The position numbers were made by a program, and so were the translations under genes. From an uncultured virus (IMG/VR IMGVR_UViG_3300033163_000174) (taxonomy: Duplodnaviria; Heunggongvirae; Uroviricota; Caudoviricetes), in the IMG/VR virus record IMGVR_UViG_3300033163_000174: a stretch of 64,000 bases of DNA; one strand, written 5' to 3'. Below, piece after piece: positions 38,229-47,253 of the stretch. Under the pieces are notes generated by a model. That model worked only from the letters and a program-made list of their open reading frames with translations, made no database searches and was not told where the DNA came from. How positions within the stretch are numbered: the first letter of the stretch is position 1; each line of letters starts with the position of its first letter.

Positions 38229-38741
38229 ATGGCAGGTAGAGGAAGACCACCAAAACCTACAGCTATTAAGGAGCTAGAAGGTAATCCTGGAAAAAGACCA
38301 CTGAATAAAAACGAACCAAAGCCTAAGCAAGGAGCGCCAAAATGCCCGTCATGGCTGGAGCCAGATGCTAAAAAGGAATGGAGAAGATTATCAAAGGAAC
38401 TTGAAGCCATGGGGCTACTGACGGAGGTAGATATGGCAGCCTTTGCTGGGTATTGTCAGGCCTATGCCAGATGGAAAGAGGCGGAGGAATTTATATCAAA
38501 GCATGGATCCATTTTAAAGACGGCTTCAGGTTATATTCAGCAGATTCCCCAGGTATCTATTGCCCAGCAAAATCTAAAACAGATGCGAAACTTCTGCTCG
38601 GAACTTGGGCTAAGCCCATCAGCAAGAAGCAGGCTCAATATTAATAATTCTGGAAACGTCATCGAAGGGGATGCCATGGAAGACCTGCTTTTCAATGTAC
38701 CAAAGGCAGAGGATCTTTTAAACAAGAAGGACGATGACTAA
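38229..38741 (+). CDS. terS: Terminase small subunit, P27 family
   Basis: GRPPKPT..GNPGKR, AKKEW, ELGLSPSAR. Confidence 0.92.
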   Translation: MAGRGRPPKPTAIKELEGNPGKRPLNKNEPKPKQGAPKCPSWLEPDAKKEWRRLSKELEAMGLLTEVDMAAFAGYCQAYARWKEAEEFISKHGSILKTASGYIQQIPQVSIAQQNLKQMRNFCSELGLSPSARSRLNINNSGNVIEGDAMEDLLFNVPKAEDLLNKKDDD

Positions 38742-38764
38742 AGTTAAAAAAGGAGGGAGGCCAG

Positions 38765-41362
38765 ATGCCATTTAGTGAAGCCCATGCAAATCACGCCATT
38801 AGTTTTATAGAACAACTTAAGCTGACCAAAGGCAAATGGGCTGGTCAGCCTTTTAAATTATTACCTTGGGAGAAGGATCTGGTAAGGCGTCTATTTGGAA
38901 CTTTAAGAGAAGACGGAACAAGGCAATACCGTACCGCTTATGTAGAGATCGGCAAGAAAAATGGGAAAGCATTATCTATTGATACCCCTATACCAACTCC
39001 AAGTGGATGGACAACAATGAAAAATTTAAAAGTAGGGGATGAAGTATTTGATGAGAATGGAAAAACCTGCAGAGTCTTGGGATGTACAGAGATTATGTAT
39101 GACAGGCCTTGTTATGAAGTGAAATTCTCTGATGGAGAAAGTATTATTGCCGATGGAGAGCATTTGTGGCAGGTAAATGAATATAAACCTAATAAAGCGC
39201 CATATTATGAAACAAAAATACTAAAAACAGAAGACATGTTAGGCAAGATTAAAAATAAAAATGGCTGTTATAATTATCGAATTCCTAATATTGGGGCATT
39301 AGAACTGGAAGAAAGGGAACTAGAATTTCCACCTTATGTATTAGGGGTTTGGTTAGCCGATGGAAATGCTTATAATGCAAGCTTTACTTGTAATATCAAT
39401 GATTTAGAAATAGCAGACAAGGTTGTATCATCTGGTGTAGAAGTTAGGGAGTGGAAATCAAATAATACAGGTAGCATTCATTTGGCATTTGGAAATGGCG
39501 ATAGAACCCAAGCAGCTAGGGATATTTCTTGGCAAGCTAAAATGAGAAAGATGGACTTATTATGCAATAAACATATTCCCACTGAATATTTAAGATCCTC
39601 TTATGAACAAAGACTAGAATTATTAAAAGGTCTTATGGATTCCGATGGATGTATATCCAAATATGGAGAATGTGAATACACAACAGTAAGTAAAAGATTA
39701 GCTGAAGATGTGGCAGAACTTATTAGAAGTCTAGGATTTAAGTGTTCAATAACTGAAGGGAGGGCAAGGTTAAAAGGGAAAGATTACGGGCCAAAATATC
39801 GAATACATTTTTTTGCATACAGGAGCAATCCTGTTTTTTCTTTGCAAAGAAAGAATCAAAGGCTTAAAGAAACACCTGAGAAGGCAACTAAAAACTCCTT
39901 TAGAACAATAGTAAGCATTGAAAAAGTACAGTCTGTTCCAGTGAAATGTATTGAGGTAAGCAGTAAATCACGATTATATTTAGCTGGAAAATCTATGGTG
40001 CCAACTCATAATAGTGAACTCGGCGCAGCCATTGCCCTTTATATGTTATGTGCCGACGGAGAGCCTAATGCAGAAGTGTATGTCGCTGCCTGTGATAGAC
40101 AACAGGCCAGCATTATTTTTAATACCAGTATGAACTTTGTGGAAGGGAATAGGACCCTATCAAAGGTGACCAATCTTGTAAGATCAACTAAGAGAATCAC
40201 CTATCCAAAGACGGGAAGTTTTTATCAAGTTTTAAGTTCTGATGTTAAATCGAAATCTGGTATAAATGCTTCCTGCGTTATTCTCGATGAGATTTGGACC
40301 TATCCTAATCCAGACCTTGCAAAGATGCTAACTACAGGTTCAGGAGATGCTAGAACCCAGCCTCTCTTTTTATATCTCACAACAGCCGGGAATAAACTCT
40401 CTGGCTATGGATGGGAGATGCACCAAAAGGCAAAAGACATCCTAGATGGTAAAAGGGTGGACCCTACTTTCCTATCCATCATTTACGGACTGGAAGACGA
40501 TGCAGATATTTCAGATGAAAACAACTGGTATAAAGCCAATCCTAGCCTTGGCCATACCATTCAAATAGAAAGAGTAAGAGAGCATTATAACCAAGTAAAA
40601 GACGACCCAGCGGATTTGGCTCTCTTTAAACAATTAAGACTGAATATGTGGCTTAAACAGGAAATCAAGTGGATGCCCATGGATAAATGGGACCTTTGTA
40701 ATTATCCAGTGGATCCTGAAGAACTAAAAGGCAGGGTTTGTTATGGAGGACTGGACTTATCTTCTACCACAGATATTACAGCCTTTGTTTTAGTGTTTCC
40801 ACCAGAGGACGAAGAGGATAAATATCAGATACTTCCATTCTTTTGGCTACCAGAAGAGACATTACATCAAAGGGTGAAAAAGGATGCAGTGCCTTATGAT
40901 ATTTGGCATAGGCAGGGACTACTCAATCTCACAGAAGGTAATGTGGTTCACTATGGATTTATTGAAAAGTTTATTGAAAGGCTAGGGGAAAAATATAATA
41001 TCAGGGAAATCGTCTATGACAGATGGGGAGCAACACAGATGAGTCAAAACCTAGAAGGAATGGGATTTACAGTAGTGCCTTTTGGTCAGGGATTTAAGGA
41101 TATGTCCCCACCAACAAAGGACTTAATGAGACTAACATTAAGTGGTCAAATCGCCCATGGCGGTCATCCAGTTTTAAGATGGATGGCAGATAATATTGTG
41201 GTCAGGACAGACCCAGCTGGAAACATTAAGGTGGATAAGGAAAAATCCTCAGAAAAAATCGACGGTATAGTGGCCCTGATTATGGCCCTGGCTAGAGCAC
41301 AGTTTAATCCATCAGGAGATGACTCGGTTTATGATGAAAGAGATTTAATTATATTTGGTTAG
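38765..41362 (+). CDS. terL: Terminase large subunit containing an intein
   Basis: Walker A GKKNGK|S split by insertion; LDE Walker B; GLDLS, YDRW, KIDG nuclease motifs. Confidence 0.95.
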   Translation: MPFSEAHANHAISFIEQLKLTKGKWAGQPFKLLPWEKDLVRRLFGTLREDGTRQYRTAYVEIGKKNGKALSIDTPIPTPSGWTTMKNLKVGDEVFDENGKTCRVLGCTEIMYDRPCYEVKFSDGESIIADGEHLWQVNEYKPNKAPYYETKILKTEDMLGKIKNKNGCYNYRIPNIGALELEERELEFPPYVLGVWLADGNAYNASFTCNINDLEIADKVVSSGVEVREWKSNNTGSIHLAFGNGDRTQAARDISWQAKMRKMDLLCNKHIPTEYLRSSYEQRLELLKGLMDSDGCISKYGECEYTTVSKRLAEDVAELIRSLGFKCSITEGRARLKGKDYGPKYRIHFFAYRSNPVFSLQRKNQRLKETPEKATKNSFRTIVSIEKVQSVPVKCIEVSSKSRLYLAGKSMVPTHNSELGAAIALYMLCADGEPNAEVYVAACDRQQASIIFNTSMNFVEGNRTLSKVTNLVRSTKRITYPKTGSFYQVLSSDVKSKSGINASCVILDEIWTYPNPDLAKMLTTGSGDARTQPLFLYLTTAGNKLSGYGWEMHQKAKDILDGKRVDPTFLSIIYGLEDDADISDENNWYKANPSLGHTIQIERVREHYNQVKDDPADLALFKQLRLNMWLKQEIKWMPMDKWDLCNYPVDPEELKGRVCYGGLDLSSTTDITAFVLVFPPEDEEDKYQILPFFWLPEETLHQRVKKDAVPYDIWHRQGLLNLTEGNVVHYGFIEKFIERLGEKYNIREIVYDRWGATQMSQNLEGMGFTVVPFGQGFKDMSPPTKDLMRLTLSGQIAHGGHPVLRWMADNIVVRTDPAGNIKVDKEKSSEKIDGIVALIMALARAQFNPSGDDSVYDERDLIIFG
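38969..40012 (+). mobile_element. Class 3 intein (348 aa) with LAGLIDADG homing endonuclease
   Basis: Ala1 ALSIDTPIPT; block B EHLW; block F VKCIEV; end VPTHN|S; LGVWLADG and LKGLMDSDG. Confidence 0.92.
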
Positions 41363-41387
41363 AAATGATGAAGGGAGTGAATGACAT

Positions 41388-42623
41388 TTGAAAATACCCG
41401 TATTATCAAAACTATTTAGGTCGAGGGCAGACCCTAAAAACAGCATGTGGCAAAGCGCCTACCAGTTTTTCTTTGGCCCTACATCAAGTGGAAAAGTGGT
41501 CAATGAAAAAAGTGCCATGCAAACCACAGCAGTCTATGCCTGTGTAAGAATTTTATCAGAGACCATTGCATCTCTTCCTCTGCACACTTATCAAAAGACA
41601 GATAAGGGAAAGGAAAAAGCTGTAGACCACCCGCTGTATCATTTGCTTCATGATGAGCCTAATCCGGAGATGACTTCATTTGTGTTTAGAGAAACGCTGA
41701 TGGGTCATCTTTTACTTTGGGGAAATGCCTATGCTCAGGTGATACGTGATGGTAGGGGAAAAGTTATGGCCCTTTATCCTTTAATGCCTGACAAAATGAC
41801 GGTCCACCGAAGTGAAGGGGGAGAGCTTTATTATAGCTACTCTAAAGAAGGGCAGGAACATATTCTTAGAAGTTTCGAAGTCCTACACATTCCAGGACTT
41901 GGCTTTGATGGACTTCTAGGTCACTCGCCTATTGCCATGGCAAAGAATGCTATAGGTATGGCCATAGCCACTGAAGAGTATGGAGCTAATTTTTTCAATA
42001 ACGGGGCCAATCCCGGTGGGGTGTTAGAGCATCCAGGAATTTTAAAGGATCCTGAAAGGGTGAGAAAAAGCTGGAACAGTGTCTATGCCGGAAGTGGTAA
42101 CGCCCATAAAGTAGCAGTTTTAGAGGAAGGCATGAGTTTTAAGCCGATTGGAATACCGCCGGAGCAGGCACAGTTTTTACAGACGAGAAAGTTTCAGCTT
42201 AATGAAATCGCCCGTATTTTTAGAGTTCCACCTCATATGATTGGAGATCTTGAGAAATCCAGTTTTTCTAATATAGAGCAGCAGAGTTTAGAGTTTGTGA
42301 AATACACATTAACCCCATGGCTTTCTCGCTGGGAGATGGCCATGAAAAAATCCCTGTTATCTCCTTCTGAAAAGAAGGATTACTTTATAAAGCACAACGT
42401 AGAAGGACTTCTTCGTGGAGACTACAAGACAAGAATGGAAGGCTACAGCATTGGTATTCAAAATGGTTTCTTAAGTCCGAACGATGTCAGGGAGCTAGAA
42501 GACTTAAATACCATTGAACACGGTGACGTCTATGCTGTAAACGGTAATATGCTTAAGCTTGAAGACATCGGGGCCTATGCGAAGAAGGATGTAAACAATG
42601 ATGAGGAAGGAGGGAAAACCTAG
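41388..42623 (+). CDS. Portal protein, HK97 family
   Basis: AVYACVRIL, LLWGNAY, IARIFRVPP, SNIEQQ. Confidence 0.95.
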   Translation: MKIPVLSKLFRSRADPKNSMWQSAYQFFFGPTSSGKVVNEKSAMQTTAVYACVRILSETIASLPLHTYQKTDKGKEKAVDHPLYHLLHDEPNPEMTSFVFRETLMGHLLLWGNAYAQVIRDGRGKVMALYPLMPDKMTVHRSEGGELYYSYSKEGQEHILRSFEVLHIPGLGFDGLLGHSPIAMAKNAIGMAIATEEYGANFFNNGANPGGVLEHPGILKDPERVRKSWNSVYAGSGNAHKVAVLEEGMSFKPIGIPPEQAQFLQTRKFQLNEIARIFRVPPHMIGDLEKSSFSNIEQQSLEFVKYTLTPWLSRWEMAMKKSLLSPSEKKDYFIKHNVEGLLRGDYKTRMEGYSIGIQNGFLSPNDVRELEDLNTIEHGDVYAVNGNMLKLEDIGAYAKKDVNNDEEGGKT

Positions 42624-43340
42624 ATGAAATTTTGGAACTGGGTGAAAAACGAAGATGGGAGAACACTTTATCTCGATGGCTATATCGCCCAAGAAAGCTG
42701 GTGGGACGATGAAGTGTCTCCTAGGGAATTTAAAGCAGAGCTTGAAGAAGCGGATGATGATATCACCCTTTGGATTAACTCACCAGGTGGAGATGTATTT
42801 GCAGCATCACAGATTTACACCATGCTAAAGGAATACAAAGGAAAGGTTATTGTAAAAATCGATGGCATTGCAGCCAGTGCCGCTTCTGTTATTGCTATGG
42901 CTGGGGATAAGGTGTACATGTCTCCCACTGCCATGCTAATGATCCACAATCCATCCACAATTGTGTGGGGAGAAGCGTCAGACATGAAGCGTGGTATCGA
43001 GATACTTTCAGAAGTGAAAGAAGGGATCATCAATGCCTATGAAACTAAGACAGGGCTACCTAGAAACAAGATATCTCAAATGATGGACAGGGAAACCTGG
43101 ATGAGTGCAGGAAAAGCCTTAGAGCTTAAGTTTTGTGATGAGGTACTGTATCAAGAGTCAGTAGCTTCTGAAAATGTTACTGCAAGCTTTATCTTTGACA
43201 AAGTGACAGTAACCAATAACTTCTTAGGAAAGTTTCAAAGGGTAAAGCCACTGAAGAATAAAGAAGAAAAAGAAATTGAACCAACAGAAAAGGGAACTGA
43301 GTACAAACATTTAGCCAAAAGGCTAGAACTTTTAAAATAG
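42624..43340 (+). CDS. ClpP-like prohead protease
   Basis: INSPGGDV, AASAASVIA, MIHNP, ETW. Confidence 0.92.
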   Translation: MKFWNWVKNEDGRTLYLDGYIAQESWWDDEVSPREFKAELEEADDDITLWINSPGGDVFAASQIYTMLKEYKGKVIVKIDGIAASAASVIAMAGDKVYMSPTAMLMIHNPSTIVWGEASDMKRGIEILSEVKEGIINAYETKTGLPRNKISQMMDRETWMSAGKALELKFCDEVLYQESVASENVTASFIFDKVTVTNNFLGKFQRVKPLKNKEEKEIEPTEKGTEYKHLAKRLELLK

Positions 43341-43352
43341 GAGGAATGGATC

Positions 43353-44543
43353 ATGAATAGAATTTTAGAATTACGTGAAAAAAGAGCTAAGGTGTGGGAA
43401 GATGCGAAGGCATTTCTCGATGAAAAACGTGGAAAAGATGGTCTGATTGCACCAGAGGATGAAGCAGTCTATGAAAAGATGGAAGCAGAGGTTGTGGCCC
43501 TTGGAAAAGAGGTGGAGCGATTAGAAAGGCAAGCTGCACTTGATTTAGAACTTTCAAGAGCAACAAGTAACCCTATCGCATCTAACCCTATGAATCCAGA
43601 TGAGCCGGAAAGAAAAGGCAAAGGATCAAAGGAGTACAAAAATGCCTTCTGGAATGCCATGAGAAGTAAAGGGAGCTTTGGGGCAGAAAATGCCCTTCGT
43701 ATTGGTCAGGATTCAGAAGGGGGCTACCTTGTTCCCGATGAGTTTGAAGCCACCTTAATTCAGGCTTTAAACGATGCCAATATTATGAGAACCCTTGCTA
43801 AGGTTATCACTACATCCTATGGAGACAGACAAATCCCAGTAGTTTCTTCTAAGGGAACAGCTTCATGGATTGAAGAGGGTGGAGCCTTTACTGAAAGTGA
43901 CGATACCTTTAGCCAGGTTATTTTAGGTGCCCATAAGCTTGGAACCATTATCAAGGTTTCAGAGGAACTTCTAAATGACAGCGTCTTTAATCTTGAAAAC
44001 TATATCGCCACAGAGTTTGCCAGACGTATTGGTGCAGCTGAAGAGGAGGCCTTTATTAAAGGGAATGGAACCAATAAGCCAACGGGAGTTCTTAACTCCG
44101 CACAAGTTGGGGTGACAAGTGTTGTGGCAGATGCCATTACCTTTGATGAGGTGATTGACCTTTGGCACTCACTAAGAGAGCCGTATAGAAAGAATGCCAC
44201 ATGGTTACTCAATGACAGCACTGCAAAGGCCATCAGAAAGCTTAAGGATGACAACGGGCAATACATCTGGCAGCCATCTGTACAGGTGGGAGTGCCGGAT
44301 AAAATTTTAAATAACCCGGTGAAAACTTCAACCTTTATGCCAGAGATTGCTGCAGGAGAAAAGGCACTAGCCTTTGGAGATTACTCCTACTACTGGATTG
44401 CAGATAGACAGGGTAGATCCTTCCAAAGACTGAGTGAGCTTTATGCTGCAAGTGGGCAAGTAGGTTTTAGGGCTTACCAAAGGGTAGATGGAAAGTTAAT
44501 CCTTCCTGAAGCAGTGAAGGTACTAACGATGAAGTCTGCTTAG
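43353..44543 (+). CDS. Major capsid protein, HK97 fold
   Basis: Coiled-coil delta domain, GGYLVP, FGDYSYY, RVDG. Confidence 0.95.
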   Translation: MNRILELREKRAKVWEDAKAFLDEKRGKDGLIAPEDEAVYEKMEAEVVALGKEVERLERQAALDLELSRATSNPIASNPMNPDEPERKGKGSKEYKNAFWNAMRSKGSFGAENALRIGQDSEGGYLVPDEFEATLIQALNDANIMRTLAKVITTSYGDRQIPVVSSKGTASWIEEGGAFTESDDTFSQVILGAHKLGTIIKVSEELLNDSVFNLENYIATEFARRIGAAEEEAFIKGNGTNKPTGVLNSAQVGVTSVVADAITFDEVIDLWHSLREPYRKNATWLLNDSTAKAIRKLKDDNGQYIWQPSVQVGVPDKILNNPVKTSTFMPEIAAGEKALAFGDYSYYWIADRQGRSFQRLSELYAASGQVGFRAYQRVDGKLILPEAVKVLTMKSA

Positions 44544-44629
44544 AAAAAGCAATAGTTAGAATACCCCAAGACTTTTAAAGAGAGGTCTTTTTTTTATGCC
44601 TCTCTTTAAGGGTTTTAAAGAAAGTAGAG

Positions 44630-44821
44630 GTGAGATGGGTGAAAGTAAAATTAAAGACATCCCTTTCAGGATTAGACTTTAGCTATAAAAAAGGTGATGA
44701 AGTAGATCTGGAAGATAAAAAGGCAAAAGAATGGATTGAAGCTGGTGTGGCTACAGAAGTAAAAGGAAAAGAACCGCCAAAGAAAGCCAGCACTACTACC
44801 AAATCTAAAACCGATGGGTAG
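44630..44821 (+). CDS. Small hypothetical head-associated protein
   Basis: KKGDEVDL..AKEWIEAGVA; position after capsid gene. Confidence 0.6.
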   Translation: MRWVKVKLKTSLSGLDFSYKKGDEVDLEDKKAKEWIEAGVATEVKGKEPPKKASTTTKSKTDG

Positions 44822-44829
44822 GTGAAAAG

Positions 44830-45102
44830 ATGCTAGAACTTGATGAAGTTAAATTATATTTAAGAATCGATGGCGATGAAGAAGACGATTTAATTCTTGG
44901 TCTTATCCAAGCATCGGTAGAGCTTTGTGAAGGGATCCTAAGATACCCATTAACAGATTTTGACGAAGTTCCAGAGCTTGTGAAAAATGCGGTCCTATTT
45001 TCCATAGCTTCAATGTATGAAAAAAGGGAAGGAGAAGGCTTTAAAACTACCCTTGATGTCATCAAAAGGCTTCTTAGTCCTTACAGAAAAGAAAGCTGGT
45101 GA
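44830..45102 (+). CDS. Head-tail connector (gp6-like)
   Basis: LDEVKLYLRID..EDDLI..YEKRE. Confidence 0.88.
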   Translation: MLELDEVKLYLRIDGDEEDDLILGLIQASVELCEGILRYPLTDFDEVPELVKNAVLFSIASMYEKREGEGFKTTLDVIKRLLSPYRKESW

Positions 45103-45106
45103 TGCT

Positions 45107-45433
45107 ATGGAGATTGGAGAATTAAGACATCGGATTACCTTTCAAAAGAAAAACGTCACCTTGAATGAAAATGGTTTTGAAATAGAAACATGGGAAGATG
45201 TAAAGACGGTGTGGGCCGCAGCAAGCCATCTTCATGGTAGAGAGTTTTACGAAGCGGCTCAGGTGCAGGCAGAGCATACGGTTAAGTTTACAGTTCGTTA
45301 TGTAAAAGGGATTGAGCCTTCTATGGTAATTCTCTTTAATGAGAAACGCTATAACATCATCGCAATCGATAATATTAAGTATAAAAATAAGTGGATTGAA
45401 ATTAGGAGCCAGGAGGTGATGCCTAGTGGCTAA
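45107..45433 (+). CDS. Head closure protein (SPP1 gp16-like)
   Basis: GELRHRITFQ..TVWAA..GREF. Confidence 0.88.
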   Translation: MEIGELRHRITFQKKNVTLNENGFEIETWEDVKTVWAAASHLHGREFYEAAQVQAEHTVKFTVRYVKGIEPSMVILFNEKRYNIIAIDNIKYKNKWIEIRSQEVMPSG

Positions 45434-45797
45434 GATGGAACTTGAAGGAGTTGAAGAGCTTCTATCAGAACTTCAAAAGTTAGGTGATCAGAGTAAAAGG
45501 GTGGAGAATAAAGCCTTAAGAGAAGCCGGCAGTGTGGTGGAAGATGCCATTAAAAATGAAGCACCTGTCCGCTCTGGAACCCTTAAAAAAAGCATTAAAA
45601 CCTCTGGTGTGAAAACCAAAGATGGGATGAAACATGTGGAAGTAGGCCCGGGGAATGATGGTTTTTATGGCAAGTTTATAGAATTTGGAACGGTCCACAT
45701 TAAAGCTAATCCCTTTATGGGTAGGGGATATGAAAAATCTAAAAATGAAGCCATGAGTAAGATATCCGAAGAGATTAGAAAGGGGCTGGGGCTATGA
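45426..45797 (+). CDS. HK97 gp10-like tail component
   Basis: APVRSGTLKKSI, FIEFGT, ANPFM. Confidence 0.88.
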   Translation: MAKMELEGVEELLSELQKLGDQSKRVENKALREAGSVVEDAIKNEAPVRSGTLKKSIKTSGVKTKDGMKHVEVGPGNDGFYGKFIEFGTVHIKANPFMGRGYEKSKNEAMSKISEEIRKGLGL

Positions 45798-46120
45798 GTT
45801 TAAATAAAGATATTCTTATGGCTCTTAGTCCTTTAAATATTCCAGTAGCTTTTCAAACTTACAGTGGGAAAGCAGACACGTATATTACCTTCTTTAGTTA
45901 TTTGGAAAAGGCGGAGCTTCATGCAGATGATGAAGAGGAAACCTCAGGGAACTACATTCAACTGGATTTATGGTCAAAGTCTGATTACACGGAACTCATA
46001 GGAGAGATTCACAAACGTATGAAAGAAGCAGGATTTATTAAACTGAATTTTTATGACCTTTATGAAAAGGATACAAAGGTGTATCACAAAGTGATGCGCT
46101 ATCGAAGGGAGGAAAAGTAA
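45794..46120 (+). CDS. Tail terminator/completion protein
   Basis: YITF, IQLDLWSK, YEKDTKVYH; synteny. Confidence 0.75.
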   Translation: MSLNKDILMALSPLNIPVAFQTYSGKADTYITFFSYLEKAELHADDEEETSGNYIQLDLWSKSDYTELIGEIHKRMKEAGFIKLNFYDLYEKDTKVYHKVMRYRREEK

Positions 46121-46705
46121 ATGGCTCAAGTAGGACTTAAGGATTTACACTATGCTATTTTAGAAGAAGATACAAATGAGGGTGTGCTTTATGGAGAGAT
46201 TAAACCTTTGGCAGGTGCCATGAACGCCACCATTAACCCTACAGTCAATACTCAGGAACTTTATGCAGATGATCAGCTATGGGAATCCGTATCGGCTCTT
46301 GGAAAGATTGATGTAGAAATCGAAACTGCAGACCTTCAGCTGAAGACCAGGGCAGAGCTTACAGGAAGTGAAGTGAAGGATGGGGTTTTAATCGAAAAAG
46401 CCTCTGACAAACCACCTCATGTGGCCCTAGGTTTTAGAAGTCAAAAGTCAAGTGGGAATTACAGATACATTTGGCTATTAAAAGGTGTGGCCCAGCCCAT
46501 GGCAGAAGACTACTCTACCAAAAAAGACAATGTGGAGCATAAGACACCACAGCTTAAATTTGTTTTTATGCCAAGGGCCTATGACGGAGAGTGGAAGAGG
46601 ACTGCCGATGAAGGGACACCTGAGTTTATAGGAGCTGATAGCTGGTTTGAAAAAGTACCAGGTGATGCACTGGAAGAGCAAAATGGTGAAGGAATAGAAG
46701 AATAG
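46121..46705 (+). CDS. Major tail protein (phi13-like)
   Basis: GLKDLHYA, LYADD, VALGFR, WLLKG. Confidence 0.88.
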   Translation: MAQVGLKDLHYAILEEDTNEGVLYGEIKPLAGAMNATINPTVNTQELYADDQLWESVSALGKIDVEIETADLQLKTRAELTGSEVKDGVLIEKASDKPPHVALGFRSQKSSGNYRYIWLLKGVAQPMAEDYSTKKDNVEHKTPQLKFVFMPRAYDGEWKRTADEGTPEFIGADSWFEKVPGDALEEQNGEGIEE

Positions 46706-46720
46706 ATGGGAGGTTAAAAG

Positions 46721-47020
46721 ATGCAGATCACATTAAAGATAAAGGGGAAAGATAAAACCTTTATAACTGATTTTATTTCAGCAAGGATGGTGAGAAGAAC
46801 CATTGAAGTGTCAAAGGGCATTAACTTTAATGACATGGCTCCAGAGGAACTGGATCAAATGGTAGGCTTTATTGTAGAGCTATTTTCTCATCAGTTTACC
46901 ATTGACGATGTCTATGATGGGCTACCTTCAAAAGAGCTGATACCCACCATGATGAATTGTATTAATGAAGTGGTAGGGGAAATGGGAGAAGCCACAGCGG
47001 GTGATGAAAAAAACGAATAG
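46721..47020 (+). CDS. Tail assembly chaperone (gpG-like)
   Basis: Between tail tube and tape measure; ends at slippery A-run. Confidence 0.8.
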   Translation: MQITLKIKGKDKTFITDFISARMVRRTIEVSKGINFNDMAPEELDQMVGFIVELFSHQFTIDDVYDGLPSKELIPTMMNCINEVVGEMGEATAGDEKNE

Positions 47021-47187
47021 AGGGGAACTGCATGGATCCCCAGGAATTTATAGACCAGTTTTATCTCGCTTTAATAGATAAAGGCTGGAAGCTTCATGAA
47101 ATCGACCAGATGGACATGATCTATTATCTAAAGCTTCTAAAAAGAAAAATGATAACTGAGCAAACTTATATCGATGAGATTCTATAA
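47008..47187 (+). CDS. -1 frameshift extension of tail chaperone (gpGT-like; ATG at 47032)
   Basis: A AAA AAC at 47008-47014; -1 frame open to TAA 47187 (..GWKLHEIDQMD..YIDEIL). Confidence 0.75.
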   Translation, partial: KKRIEGNCMDPQEFIDQFYLALIDKGWKLHEIDQMDMIYYLKLLKRKMITEQTYIDEIL

Positions 47188-47253
47188 CACCTAAAATGGG
47201 TGTTTTTTTATTGCCTATGATAACTAAATTTTATGCCAAGGGAGGTGAGGGAT

